Source of the DNA: Candidatus Eremiobacteria bacterium
Lineage (GTDB): Bacteria; Vulcanimicrobiota; Vulcanimicrobiia; Vulcanimicrobiales; Vulcanimicrobiaceae
Length of the DNA: 64,000 bases
NCBI GenBank assembly: GCA_963758295.1
Contig: CAVWUU010000004.1
Location: forward strand, 1,120,001 to 1,184,000
Direction of reading: 5' to 3'
Shown here piece after piece: positions 19,311 to 29,630 of this stretch (its first letter is position 1; every line of letters begins with the position of its first letter). A model generated the notes under the pieces. The model saw nothing but the letters and a program-made list of their open reading frames with translations, was not told the DNA's origin and ran no database searches. The translations under genes and the position numbers were made by a program.

Positions 19311-20662
19311 ACGGCCCAGCCTCGATGGTAGTGGATCACACCCGTGTAGGCGCCGCATTCCGGCGCCTTTCTCTTCCGCTCGCCGTGCAGATGCTTGGCG
19401 ACCAGATCTTGGGCATCGTGGACACCATCGTGGTCGGATATCTTGGCACCGTCGCGCTCGCGGGCGTTACGGCCGCAACGATCGTCTTCTTCACGCTCAT
19501 CATGACCGTGGGCGGTCTCTGGAGCGGCCTTAGCATTATTGCAGCGCAACGCATTGGTGCGCACGACGTCGAGGGATACGGGCGAACGGTGCGCGCGGGG
19601 TTCATTATCCCGTTCATTGTTTCGCTGGCCATTGCAATTGTGAGTATTCCGCTCAGCGTGCCGATGGTAACGCGCATGATCGGCGGCTTGCCGTCGTCGC
19701 ATGCTGCCGGTCTTTATTTGATGCTGCGATGCTTTTCGCTCGTGCCGATCGCCGTGTCGGCTCCGCTAATCGTTGGACTTGGCGCAGCGGGAAACCGCAA
19801 GCTAGGGATCTATTTGCTGGCCATCATCAACCTGATTCACATCCCGCTGCTCGTCGTACTCGCGCTTGGCGCAGTGACGCATCATGCATTCGGGATCGTC
19901 GGCGCCGGCGTTTCAACATTCTTATCGGAAGCGATTGCCGCGGTGTTCGCCGTGATTTACGTCGCTCGTAAGCCGCTGTATCGCGTCTTCTCGGAATTGA
20001 CGGTTGACTGGAATTTGGCCGTGCGGTGCGCGTGGCTAGGTCTTCCGGAGAGCGTCTTCGGTTTGGCGCTGGTCGGCCCGGACATCGCGATCGTCTCGAT
20101 GCTCGCTGCGGTCGGACCAACGGCAATCGCGGCATTTCGCGCGCTGAACGTCGTTTCGGACCTAACGTTCGTCGTGCCGAGCCCGCTGCAAAGCGCCACT
20201 CAAACCGTCATCGGACAACGGCTTGGTGCGCGAGACATCGAGGGCGCGCGTTGGTTTTTGCGACGCGCTTTGCGAACGACGTTGCTCGTTTCCACGGTCA
20301 CCGGTGCGCTCGTCGCCATCCTCGCGTGGCCGCTCTCCTACCTCTTTACGTTGAACGCGTCGGTCGCCACCGCAGCGGCGCTGCCGTTGGCGTTGCATAT
20401 GGCGACGCTGCCGATCAAAGGCCTCGCGATGGTCGGCCTTTCGCCGATTCGCGCCGCGGGCGATACCCGATTTTCAATGGTGCTCGGCGTAGTGTGCAGC
20501 GTCTGCGTACTTCCACTGACGTGGTACGGCATCGAGCGTTTGCACATCGGTTTATACAGCGTCCCCATCGCATGGATCATCGCCTGGACGGCACGCGGGC
20601 TCGTTACGGCGTGGAAGGTCCGGCGCGGTACGTGGACCGAACGCGCTCCGCTGGCGGCTTAA
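19307..20662 (+). CDS. MATE family efflux transporter
   Basis: LSLPLAVQM..GIVDTIVVGYLG..ALAGV; AQRIGA; GQRLGA; about 12 TM segments. Confidence 0.9.
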   Translation: MNGPASMVVDHTRVGAAFRRLSLPLAVQMLGDQILGIVDTIVVGYLGTVALAGVTAATIVFFTLIMTVGGLWSGLSIIAAQRIGAHDVEGYGRTVRAGFIIPFIVSLAIAIVSIPLSVPMVTRMIGGLPSSHAAGLYLMLRCFSLVPIAVSAPLIVGLGAAGNRKLGIYLLAIINLIHIPLLVVLALGAVTHHAFGIVGAGVSTFLSEAIAAVFAVIYVARKPLYRVFSELTVDWNLAVRCAWLGLPESVFGLALVGPDIAIVSMLAAVGPTAIAAFRALNVVSDLTFVVPSPLQSATQTVIGQRLGARDIEGARWFLRRALRTTLLVSTVTGALVAILAWPLSYLFTLNASVATAAALPLALHMATLPIKGLAMVGLSPIRAAGDTRFSMVLGVVCSVCVLPLTWYGIERLHIGLYSVPIAWIIAWTARGLVTAWKVRRGTWTERAPLAA

Positions 20663-20663
20663 A

Positions 20664-21086
20664 TTACGCGGGCTGCAGTTCCGGCCGCGAAGCGCGGCCG
20701 TGCCCGCCGTACAGCGTCACAAATGCGATCAACGCGTTGAGCCACAAGTCGTGCCCGTACAACGGCGCGATACCGAAGAACGTGTTAGTCACCGGAATCA
20801 AGCCGAAAAACGCGAGAATGAGCGACCACCAGCCGGCGACGCGGCACCAGGCAATCGCTCCGGCAAAAGAACGCGCGGCGAAAATAGCAACGAGCCCCAG
20901 CAGTATGTCGAGGATACTGTGCGCCGCGTTCGTGGCGAACATGCCGAAGGCAAGCCGGTAGAAAACCCCGAGCGCAAGCACCGGTGCGTCAAACGGCGCC
21001 GGCGGCGAAATCCAGGGAGCAAATCCCCCAACGCCAAGCACGAATAGAAAACCGCCGGTAATACGGGCGATCAACGGTGCGCTCAT
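20664..21086 (-). CDS. DUF4383-like membrane protein
   Basis: GGFLFVLGVGGF, FGMFATNAAHSIL, FGIAPLYGHDLWL. Confidence 0.7.
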   Translation of the reverse strand: MSAPLIARITGGFLFVLGVGGFAPWISPPAPFDAPVLALGVFYRLAFGMFATNAAHSILDILLGLVAIFAARSFAGAIAWCRVAGWWSLILAFFGLIPVTNTFFGIAPLYGHDLWLNALIAFVTLYGGHGRASRPELQPA

Positions 21087-21095
21087 GAAGGTTTC

Positions 21096-21891
21096 TTACC
21101 GGGTGCCCGGGCGCAGCACCTCTTGAAATTCATCATGAATTCGTGCATTCGTTGCAAGAATCGACCGCGCTTCGAGCGCCGGAAGCACCGCCGTCGATGC
21201 GCGTGACCGCTCCGCCGGCTTCGGACACCAAGAGCATGCCGGCCGCAACGTCCCACGGATGCAGATCGAACTCCCAGAATCCGTCAAACCGCCCCGCGGC
21301 AACGTACGCGAGATCGAGCGCCGCCGACCCATCCCGCCGTACGGCCTGCGCGCGGTGTGAAGCCGCGGCGAAGCATTCAGCGTTGCGTTCAAAATCGGCG
21401 GGGTGAAAGCCGGTGCAGACCATGGCGTCCCCGACGCGATCGACGCCGGAAACGCGTAGCGGTTTCCCATTTCGCTGCGCTCCCGACCCGCGCTCCGCGA
21501 CAAAAAGCTCGTTCATGAACGGCGCGAACACCACACCGGCGAGCAGCTCGCCGGCGCGTTCGTACGCGATCGAAACGCAACACAGGGGATAGCCGTGCGC
21601 GTAGTTCGTGGTTCCGTCTAGGGGGTCGACGATCCACCGCTCGTCGTTCGTGCCGTGCGTCGTACCGGTCTCTTCACCCAAAATCGTTGCGTTCGGAAAG
21701 GCTGCGCGCAACCGTTGCGCGATCAACGCTTCGCTGGCCTTATCGGCCGCCGTCACAAGATCGGCACGACGGCCCTTTTCTTCGATTTCCAGCGGTAGCG
21801 CAGCATACTCGAGCAGCATCGCGCCGGCTTCCCGGGCTACGTCGACGGCGACGCTTAACGGATCGGGACGTCCGGCGGGTAAGAGGGTCAT
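21096..21891 (-). CDS. suhB: Inositol monophosphatase family (frameshift near 21180)
   Basis: DLVTAAD, WIVDPLDGTTNY, GSAALDLAYVAAGR, WDVAAG; tail SILATNARIH in another frame. Confidence 0.85.
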
Positions 21892-21893
21892 GT

Positions 21894-22334
21894 ATGTGGT
21901 TTTCTTTGCGGATCGTGTTGCTTGGACTTTGGGTAGGTGCGATGGCGGGATTTGCGTTCCTCTTCGCTCCGATCGCCTTCTCGCACGTCGGTCCGGTGCC
22001 GGCATTCGCGGGTACCATCGCCGCCTCGGTCACGGCGATTACGAAAACTGGAGACTGGCTAGGCATCGCCGCGGTCGCAATTACCGTCTTCACGGCATTG
22101 GAGTCGCGGCGCCGCGCCGCCGTGATCGTGGCATGCGTCGCAGCCGCGATTGCGTTCGGATTCGTCGAAACGCAGATCATCGTCCCGGAAATGCAAACGA
22201 CGCCGCTGCTAACTCCGGCGTACGATGCGCTTCACCGGAAAAGCAGCGGCGTCTATTCGATTGTGTTACTGGCAGCGCTCGCGGCCTTTGTCGCAAGCGC
22301 ACAGCGTTCTAGTTATGCGTCATCCGGTAACTGA
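21894..22334 (+). CDS. DUF4149-like four-helix membrane protein
   Basis: GLWVGAM..FAFLFAPIAF...YDALHRKS pattern. Confidence 0.7.
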   Translation: MWFSLRIVLLGLWVGAMAGFAFLFAPIAFSHVGPVPAFAGTIAASVTAITKTGDWLGIAAVAITVFTALESRRRAAVIVACVAAAIAFGFVETQIIVPEMQTTPLLTPAYDALHRKSSGVYSIVLLAALAAFVASAQRSSYASSGN

Positions 22335-23028
22335 ACGTCGCCTGATAGTCGCCCGCCGGGATATTGCTCGGGACGGTTAGCGAGAGATCGATGCAGACGG
22401 TCTTCGCGGCACCCGCCGCGCCGGTGAAGGTTGTTTCGCCCGGCTGACCGGAATTGGCGAACGGTTTGAACGTCGTCGTGATCGTTTCCGCGAGCCACGA
22501 AAGGTCGCTCTTCGTTGGATAATTGTACATAGGAAATCCGTTAAGCCCGGCCGTTCCACCCGTGGTATTGCTGCCGTAGGCGTAATCGGTGACAGTCCAT
22601 GCCGTCGCGTATTTTGCGAAGATTTGGAAAACGCACGGAAAGCTATTTGCGCCGTATCCCGCCGAAAGCGGAGAAGACATACTCGCCCCTGGGACGACGT
22701 GGAAATACTGGTACGACGGGTCCGCTTTTACCGTAAATTGGACTTTCACGCTTCCTTGCGGCGTGGCTTGCGCCACCATGTCGCTCGTACTGAGTGGATC
22801 GTAGGCGACTTCGTTAGACGCGTCCGCCCGCGAAAGAACACTGGCGAATGCAATCGTTCCCTGTTGCGACACCGGAACGTACGCGACGGGCGTAGGCGAC
22901 GGCGAAGGCGTGACGGTAAAATTGACGGTGATTTGCTTCGTTCCCAGCGTTCCTTGAAGCGCCTGCGCATGACGCGTGAATACTAGGACGGTAACGACGG
23001 CTAAAAACGCAATCGCAAATTTCTTCAA
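22309..23028 (-). CDS. Secreted minor pilin-like subunit (chaperone-usher-like operon)
   Basis: Signal peptide; GSVKVQFTV strand; C-terminus IPAGDYQATFSYRMTHN. Confidence 0.6.
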   Translation of the reverse strand: MKKFAIAFLAVVTVLVFTRHAQALQGTLGTKQITVNFTVTPSPSPTPVAYVPVSQQGTIAFASVLSRADASNEVAYDPLSTSDMVAQATPQGSVKVQFTVKADPSYQYFHVVPGASMSSPLSAGYGANSFPCVFQIFAKYATAWTVTDYAYGSNTTGGTAGLNGFPMYNYPTKSDLSWLAETITTTFKPFANSGQPGETTFTGAAGAAKTVCIDLSLTVPSNIPAGDYQATFSYRMTHN

Positions 23029-23702
23029 TTTCCCACCGCCGTATAAACGATATAAACGCTGAAGCTGTCCGCCGGCGGGCTATTATACAAACGGAGTTCG
23101 TAGTCAAAGCCCTCCGTTACGGCGTTACCCGGCTGCGACATCGTCGTAGTCGGATACGACCACACCGCCGTGTTGGCCGGGGGCGGCGATCCGCCGTAGT
23201 TGATGCACGCCACGCCGCACGTCCCCGCGTGAGTCGGCTGGAAAGCCGTTGCACTGCTGAACGGCGTGTTTGAGGTGCCCGAAGGCAGCCAGAACAGCGT
23301 CTGATTCAGCGGGATCGTCGATCCGGGGCTGGTGCTGTCCTGAATGTCCGTCATGCCTTCGGCGTACAGCGTGAAACCGTTGTCGTCATTCGTTTGCACC
23401 GCCGCCTTCACCGCGTATTTATAAAGGTATGCATATCCCTGAACCACCTGGTTGCCGAAATCCACGACACCGCCGTTGAGCGATGCGCCGGCTCCCGGTG
23501 CAGGCGTTGAACCGGAACCCGATCCGCCTTGCGGACCAAAGCCCGTTTGATAGTTCGGCGTAATCGTCAGGTTGACGATCGGAACGATTTTCCACTGAAG
23601 TTTAACCGAACCGACTTCAGCGCAAGCGTTTCCGCTTCCAAACGCCACCAGCGCGGCGATCGCGAGAAGTCCTAGGGTGAGTGTGCGCGTTACCTTGCCC
23701 AT
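23025..23702 (-). CDS. Secreted minor pilin-like subunit
   Basis: Signal peptide; GSVKLQW, VDFG and VQTNDDNGF shared with the 28706..29461 subunit; C-terminus YIVYTAVGN. Confidence 0.65.
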   Translation of the reverse strand: MGKVTRTLTLGLLAIAALVAFGSGNACAEVGSVKLQWKIVPIVNLTITPNYQTGFGPQGGSGSGSTPAPGAGASLNGGVVDFGNQVVQGYAYLYKYAVKAAVQTNDDNGFTLYAEGMTDIQDSTSPGSTIPLNQTLFWLPSGTSNTPFSSATAFQPTHAGTCGVACINYGGSPPPANTAVWSYPTTTMSQPGNAVTEGFDYELRLYNSPPADSFSVYIVYTAVGN

Positions 23703-26700
23703 TAGTTGAACACCAAAGTATAGGTGAGAGTAACCGTTTGAGGTGACGTGTTACCACCCGTCGCTACTGAGAAGTTCATCACAGAGTCGAGCGGACCATG
23801 ATACGCGTTGCCTGAGTAGTTTGCGAGTTGAAGACCCGGCGTTGTGGTAAGCACCGGCGTCATCGTCGTTTGATTGAGCGTAAATCCCGCGTGCGAGCTG
23901 GACCGGCCGGCGCCGTTGTCGATGTCGGCGGAGAGCATGTTCGAGGGATTCGTGCCCGGTGACGTGGTCACGTAGAGCACCCACGAATTGGGATTGTTCG
24001 CGTCGGAACGAACGCTCGCGTCCAAAACGTCCGCGGCGTTGAACGTGCCGTTGAAGACGCCGAAGTCGACCGTTGTCGGAGAACCCGCCAGAACACGGCA
24101 ACTGACGCAATTCGTTTGCGGCGTTAACGTGGCGTCAGCCGGCACAACCGAGTTGGGCTGCGTCGGGAAGACCCATCCCGCATTGGGCGTGAGTAGGGTC
24201 AGGGTCCCGTTCAAAATTACGGACAGAACGTTTGCTGCACTGTACGTTGGTTGCGTTGCGTAGTTCGTTCCGCCGCTCGTGATCGTCGACGGGAACGTGA
24301 ATTCGTTTCCGACGAGGTACGGGCTCTGCGCGACAAACACGATATTGACCGTGCCGCCGTTCTTCGGGATATTGCACCCCGTAAGGGTGATGGAGCCGTC
24401 TACCGGGCCCGCAGGCTTGACGTTGGTATATGCGACGGTACACCCGGATGCACCGCCGGAATACGTGAGTGTGGGCGCTGCCGTGATATTAAAGTAGCCG
24501 GCGTTTCCGGTTGCGTTGTCCGTCCCGTTGGTTCCCGACCGCGTAGCCGACGGAATCGTCAAGGTAACGCCCTGGATCGCTGTCGATCCCGTGTTTACAA
24601 CCGTGTAGACGAACGTGCTCCCGCCGTTTGACACGTCGGCGCCGACTTGGGGCTCCGTTCCGTTTGGAACAATGGCTCCGTTGATCTGGGTAAACGCCGC
24701 GGAGGCCGTCGTATTACTGAACGTAATCGGGGTCGTTTGCGCCATCGCGCTGGTATCCACGCCGCCGTTCGCGCCGGTGACATACCAGCCGACGTTGTAG
24801 TTTCCCGCCGCGGGGCCCGCACTCCAATTCACGGTCATGTTAAGCTGGCCGCCGGGAGCAATAGCGTTCGCCGTTTCGTTTGTCGAGCAGGGGTTGGCGT
24901 TCGTCGGTCCCGGCTTAGGACAAAGTGCGATAACCCACTGGCGGCTGCCCGCTGCCGTTTCCCACGAATACCAGCCGGCCGGCACGGTAATCGACGCCGG
25001 ATCCGTTCCGGCCGGGAACGTGAGGTTCACTTCATCGACCCAGTCCGGATTCGGATCGTGCGATGCCGGCGTGTTCGTAAATACGAGATTGCCGGAAGTC
25101 GCGCCGCCGCCCGTTCCAACCGTGCCCGGCTGGAATTGCATCGTCATCAGCGTCGGATTCAGCGAGTATGCGGAAAGCATCGAGGAGTCGACGTTCGTCG
25201 CTCCGGCGATCGCGTTCACGGTCGTAGACGTCGGGCTCAGCGTGTAAGCCGCATCGGCGCAGCTGCCGCAGTTTCCGTAGGCATTGCCCTTATCGAAGTT
25301 TGCGACGGCCGCAATATCGGTCTCGGTGAACGACGTCTTGAACAGCGGAAAGCGGATCACGAACGTTCCGGAGGCGCCCTTTGCGATACCGCAGCCATCG
25401 ACCGTGGTTTGCTTGCACGCGATAGCGATAACGTTTTGGTTTGCACCGGCAACGGGCGAAACGCCGGCCGCATTTGCGGTCGTATTCGAGTACAGTTTCC
25501 ACGTGTAGCCTGCCGGCCCGCTCACGAGCGTCGGAACAACCGCGTTCAAGTCGACAGCCGAGGGGAACGTCAGTCTAACTTCGCTTAACCGGTGATTCCC
25601 GGCTGACACGACGTTGTTTAGCGTCAGATTGACCGTATAGTAATCCGAGGTTGGCGAATTTGCCGTACCGTAGATGTAGGTCAGCTGTCCGTACTTGCTT
25701 GCGCGCGCCGCCATATTCGCAGTTGCGCTCTCGCTTTGCACCGACCACGCAATGGTCGGCACGACGGTGTTCGGATTGACACCCGACGCCAGCACCTGCA
25801 GATTCGGCGATGCCGAACCCGCCGCGCTGTAGGCGATTCCGTGCTCCGGCAAGACCTGTGTCGGAAGATCGCACGGAGTAGTGCACTTACCGGCCGGCAC
25901 CGTCACCGTCACATTGAACGAGAGCGTTCCGCCGACGGGGATGCCGACATTGCGTTGGTTCGGCGTTGCCGTGATAACGGTGTTCACACCGACGCCTGAA
26001 GAAGTAATCGTCCAGCTATTGCCGGCCGAATCGACCGCGGTAGTGGACGAGAGGCCAAGACTCTCGCCGTCGGTTGTAATGGAGGCAATCTGCAGGCCGC
26101 TGATAGCATCGCCGTTCCACGATCCGAAGTTCGTGCCGCCGGTGTTCGTAATCGTAACGTTCCCGATTGTGGGGGTCGTACCGGCTTGTAAGATAGAGTT
26201 GGTCGACCACGCGGCATTGGCGTAGTACCCGAGCAGCTGGAACGATTTGCTGCCGAGAACGATGCCCTTCGTTTGATCGTAAAGCTGCGCCGTTAGAACG
26301 TTGGGCGCAAAGGGATTTTGCGTCGGCCCGAAAGCTTCTTCAAAAACGGCGTTAAGCGGGAATGCAACTTGCTTCGTGAATGCCCCACCGGCTTGTACGG
26401 CCGTCGGCACGTTTTGCAGAATTGGCAATGCGCCGCTGCCATAATTATAGCTTTGCAGTTGCGTCAATACGACGCCGTTCGGATCGCTGACGGTGACGGC
26501 AATCGTATCGCCGTTAGAAGTCGCCGGAAGATTGGTTGCGTTATACGTCAGTCCCTGAACCGATTGGTCCAAGATGCCGTCAGTCGCATAAGTGCTGTTA
26601 TAGAAGGCCGTTGGCTGCACCGTGCCGCCCGATGCATTATACGGCGTGAGCGTCCACGAGAGGTTCGACGGCTCGATTGAAATCTGCTGATGGGAGACCA

Positions 26701-27820
26701 GACTACTGTCCGTGGTGTCGTACAACTGGACGTCGTAGGCTCCGGTCGGCGCCGTATTGGTAGATGGGCTGCTGAGGGGTCCCCAATACTGGGTCAAATT
26801 GCCGCCGAAGGCTTGGAGGCCGGCGACGGCGCCCGTAAAGCACACGGCATTATTGGTGTTTTTCGACGCGGTTGGAACCGTATATTCGCACGGAAGGCTG
26901 CTGCCGGCGGTATACACCCAGCCGATCGCGTAACTGTGCGCCGGATTCAAGCCGCTCGCGCCGACGACGACCGTATTGCCCGGCGTAAAGTCGTTCGTTA
27001 CCGCCGTCAAACCGAGATTCGCGTACGTCGAAAAATTGATCGCGGAGTTCGCGACGATTTCGGTTTCCGTAATCGGCGTGGCCGCATCGTAAAGGGCAAG
27101 GACCCAGACGCCCGGGTAAGCCGGATCCGAGTTGATCGTAGCACCGGCGTTGTAGCCGCCCCACGGCGTAGACAGGTTGAAGTTCGTGTAGGCGTTACAG
27201 TTGCCGTTCGCATCCGTATTGACGTTCTGCTTGTACGGGCCGCTGCCATCGGGCGGATAGATCCAATACGTATACGCATGGCTCGCCTTTGGCATGTTTT
27301 GGCAGTTGGCGTAAACGTCGGCGCCGTATGCGAGCGTGATGTCGTTCGTAAAGTAGTTCGACTGGTCGCCCGTGAGAATGATGGTGCTGCCGTCGGCGGA
27401 GAACGGACGAACCGGGCGGCCATGCAGACTCATCGTCGTAACGGGCCGCACGTTGCGAACGCCCCACGTATGCAAGCCGGTCTTCACTAAGAACTCGGAG
27501 AGCTTCTTGCGAACCGGCGGTTTTGGACCGTTTTTGTCGAGGATCCAGCGGCTGTTTACCGGACCCGCGGGCGCCTGAACATGGTCGGGAGCATTCGACG
27601 CGCCGGGTGAGGGCGAGGCCGAGGCACTCAGCGGCAGCGACGGCGTCCGCAGCGGCAGAGGATGCGCCGTGGGTCGATCGACGGGAGAAGCATCGATGGG
27701 ATGAGGCGTGAAAGGCGTTGCGCCTGCGATACGCGCACCGCCGAGCAGTCCGGCAACCGTAAAGGCGATTGCGGATAGCGTCAAACCGTATCGTGCGTAT
27801 CTAGACATCCTGTCTTTCAC
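23702..27820 (-). CDS. Large secreted beta-rich adhesin-like protein (1372 aa) with a C-terminal pilin-like domain
   Basis: Signal peptide, T/N/G/S-rich beta-sandwich-like sequence, C-terminal VDFG...VRSDANNPNSW...TLTYTLVFN. Confidence 0.65.
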   Translation of the reverse strand: MKDRMSRYARYGLTLSAIAFTVAGLLGGARIAGATPFTPHPIDASPVDRPTAHPLPLRTPSLPLSASASPSPGASNAPDHVQAPAGPVNSRWILDKNGPKPPVRKKLSEFLVKTGLHTWGVRNVRPVTTMSLHGRPVRPFSADGSTIILTGDQSNYFTNDITLAYGADVYANCQNMPKASHAYTYWIYPPDGSGPYKQNVNTDANGNCNAYTNFNLSTPWGGYNAGATINSDPAYPGVWVLALYDAATPITETEIVANSAINFSTYANLGLTAVTNDFTPGNTVVVGASGLNPAHSYAIGWVYTAGSSLPCEYTVPTASKNTNNAVCFTGAVAGLQAFGGNLTQYWGPLSSPSTNTAPTGAYDVQLYDTTDSSLVSHQQISIEPSNLSWTLTPYNASGGTVQPTAFYNSTYATDGILDQSVQGLTYNATNLPATSNGDTIAVTVSDPNGVVLTQLQSYNYGSGALPILQNVPTAVQAGGAFTKQVAFPLNAVFEEAFGPTQNPFAPNVLTAQLYDQTKGIVLGSKSFQLLGYYANAAWSTNSILQAGTTPTIGNVTITNTGGTNFGSWNGDAISGLQIASITTDGESLGLSSTTAVDSAGNSWTITSSGVGVNTVITATPNQRNVGIPVGGTLSFNVTVTVPAGKCTTPCDLPTQVLPEHGIAYSAAGSASPNLQVLASGVNPNTVVPTIAWSVQSESATANMAARASKYGQLTYIYGTANSPTSDYYTVNLTLNNVVSAGNHRLSEVRLTFPSAVDLNAVVPTLVSGPAGYTWKLYSNTTANAAGVSPVAGANQNVIAIACKQTTVDGCGIAKGASGTFVIRFPLFKTSFTETDIAAVANFDKGNAYGNCGSCADAAYTLSPTSTTVNAIAGATNVDSSMLSAYSLNPTLMTMQFQPGTVGTGGGATSGNLVFTNTPASHDPNPDWVDEVNLTFPAGTDPASITVPAGWYSWETAAGSRQWVIALCPKPGPTNANPCSTNETANAIAPGGQLNMTVNWSAGPAAGNYNVGWYVTGANGGVDTSAMAQTTPITFSNTTASAAFTQINGAIVPNGTEPQVGADVSNGGSTFVYTVVNTGSTAIQGVTLTIPSATRSGTNGTDNATGNAGYFNITAAPTLTYSGGASGCTVAYTNVKPAGPVDGSITLTGCNIPKNGGTVNIVFVAQSPYLVGNEFTFPSTITSGGTNYATQPTYSAANVLSVILNGTLTLLTPNAGWVFPTQPNSVVPADATLTPQTNCVSCRVLAGSPTTVDFGVFNGTFNAADVLDASVRSDANNPNSWVLYVTTSPGTNPSNMLSADIDNGAGRSSSHAGFTLNQTTMTPVLTTTPGLQLANYSGNAYHGPLDSVMNFSVATGGNTSPQTVTLTYTLVFN

Positions 27821-27869
27821 CCACTCTTCCTAGATGGTGGCGGTTCGCAAAGCGAGCCGCATAAAAATT

Positions 27870-28664
27870 TTACTTAACCGAGAACGACGTCTGGCCGCCG
27901 GCCAAGTTCGCGCCGCCGAAATCGATAAGCGCGAGGGCGGTGTAATTTCCGGCGGGCAGATTATCGCTGTACGCCTGAATCACGCGTCGGCCGCCGCGCT
28001 CCACGAGCACTTGCGATTGCAGCGGCACTCGAGCGACGACGTCGTTGCCTTTGCGGATTTCGATCCGGCCGTTCAAATAAACGTGGGCGGTCCCCGTGTT
28101 CTTGAAACCGATCAGGAACCGTTCGCCGATCGACGTTTGCTTAACGGCGACGTCGTCAACCCGGCCGTCGATGCGAATCGAGTTGCCCGTATAAAGGTAA
28201 ATCTTCGAGGCTACGCGCTCCGAGAACGAAATGCCGCCGCCTTCGTGGCGTAACGGACGCGTTTGGAAGAACGCGATGCCGGAGTACTCGCCGGTGATGC
28301 CTTGCGGCACGTTCACCGTCAAGCGAATCAGTTGAAACGAATTCGGCGGAACGTCGAACTCTCGCGGGTTCACCTGCGCCCATGCGGCAAGTGAGTAGCG
28401 GCTGGAACCGGCCTTCGTGAACGTGTAGTCCCCGCCCGGAGTTACTCCGAAGTCGACCATCGACGTTTGAATGTGCATCGGTGCGCTGCCGCTATTCCGA
28501 ACCGTAATCGGAATCGTCTGCGTGGTGCCCGGCGCGACTTGCATTTCGATCTTCGCCGGAGCCACATCAAGGGAGAGATCCGCCGTTGCCGGATACGCCG
28601 AGGCAATGACGATGAGGACGGTCGCTATAGCAGCGATCAAATTCCTTTTCATACCACCCGTCAT
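27870..28664 (-). CDS. Periplasmic pilus-chaperone-like protein (PapD/EcpB-like Ig fold)
   Basis: LDVAPAKIE..PG...ITVRNSG, W..VNP.EF.VPP...IRLTV, FKNTGTAHV. Confidence 0.7.
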   Translation of the reverse strand: MTGGMKRNLIAAIATVLIVIASAYPATADLSLDVAPAKIEMQVAPGTTQTIPITVRNSGSAPMHIQTSMVDFGVTPGGDYTFTKAGSSRYSLAAWAQVNPREFDVPPNSFQLIRLTVNVPQGITGEYSGIAFFQTRPLRHEGGGISFSERVASKIYLYTGNSIRIDGRVDDVAVKQTSIGERFLIGFKNTGTAHVYLNGRIEIRKGNDVVARVPLQSQVLVERGGRRVIQAYSDNLPAGNYTALALIDFGGANLAGGQTSFSVK

Positions 28665-28705
28665 ATTCGGCTAGACGTCTCTCTCCTATTAGATGCTTGG
28701 CAGCC

Positions 28706-29461
28706 CTAGTTCGCGATGAACTGCAGGGTCATGACGGCGGAAATGTTGTTTCCCGACGCAGCCGTGCTCGCGACGTTGAGCTGGAGGTCCTCGCCGCCGA
28801 TCAGCGGTGCGCCCGCTGCGGTAGCGTTGCTGATGAACACCGAGCCCGCCGGCGCTGCCGACGAGGCATATTCACCGGTGTAGGCTGCCGCCGGCTGAGC
28901 CGGCGCCGCGCCGGGGTTCGTGATGGCACCGGCGTTGGTGAGGTTGGCACCGCCAGCGGCGCAAGCACCGGCGTAAGCAGCCGGAGCGGCGGCCCACGCA
29001 GTGGTCGTGATGGCTGCCGCCGGGGTTACCGGGAACGTCTTCGCCGCGTTGTTAGGGAACGCGCAAAGGTTCGTGCCGGCCGGAAGCGCGGCGTCGAGGT
29101 ACTGGTTGACCGCGAAGCCGTTGCTGTCGTTCGTTTGAACCGACACGCCGACGGCGTTCTGGTAGTCGCAGCTCTGCGTGGAGCCAAAGGTCGGGGTAAC
29201 CGTGCCGAACTGGAGGTTCAGGTCGGTGTTCGTGGTGGAGGTGCCGCAGCCGCCGGCGGGGTTAGCGCCGAGGGTCGCGTTGGCGCCGCCGAAGGCGAAA
29301 GCCGCCGTGTAATTCGTGTGGACGACGGCATTCATGGCCACCGCAACGTTCCATTGCAGCTTGACCGAGCCGTACTGATTGACAGTCGCTGCCGCGAAGG
29401 CCTGGCTGCTCATTGCCGCCACGCTCGCCAGCATCGCTGCTAGGGTGAGAGCTCGCTTCAC
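28706..29461 (-). CDS. Probable major fibre subunit (pilin-like)
   Basis: Signal peptide (…QAFA|AAT), strong SD AGAAAGGA, strongly C/G-ending codons, GSVKLQW N-terminal strand, C-terminus MTLQFIAN. Confidence 0.65.
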   Translation of the reverse strand: MKRALTLAAMLASVAAMSSQAFAAATVNQYGSVKLQWNVAVAMNAVVHTNYTAAFAFGGANATLGANPAGGCGTSTTNTDLNLQFGTVTPTFGSTQSCDYQNAVGVSVQTNDSNGFAVNQYLDAALPAGTNLCAFPNNAAKTFPVTPAAAITTTAWAAAPAAYAGACAAGGANLTNAGAITNPGAAPAQPAAAYTGEYASSAAPAGSVFISNATAAGAPLIGGEDLQLNVASTAASGNNISAVMTLQFIAN

Positions 29462-29630
29462 TCGTGAAATCCTTTCTCGTGCAATTGCTTGAGGCTGGCG
29501 TCAACCGAGCCACGCAAAGGCGAACTATCCGTAGCTTGCCTCCGCTACTTTAGCTTCGGCAGTCACCACCAAGGTTGTGAGGCGCTTAAGCGAGCCCGCG
29601 GCTATTCTTTACTACCGGTTTACTGCGCCC

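Noticed and set aside
29462..29630. c-di-GMP riboswitch or sigma28 promoter upstream of the major pilin
   Set aside because: No GEMM core motifs recognised. Only a small GTAGC/GCTAC hairpin and a weak TAAA-N16-ACGGATAG match, which is insufficient.
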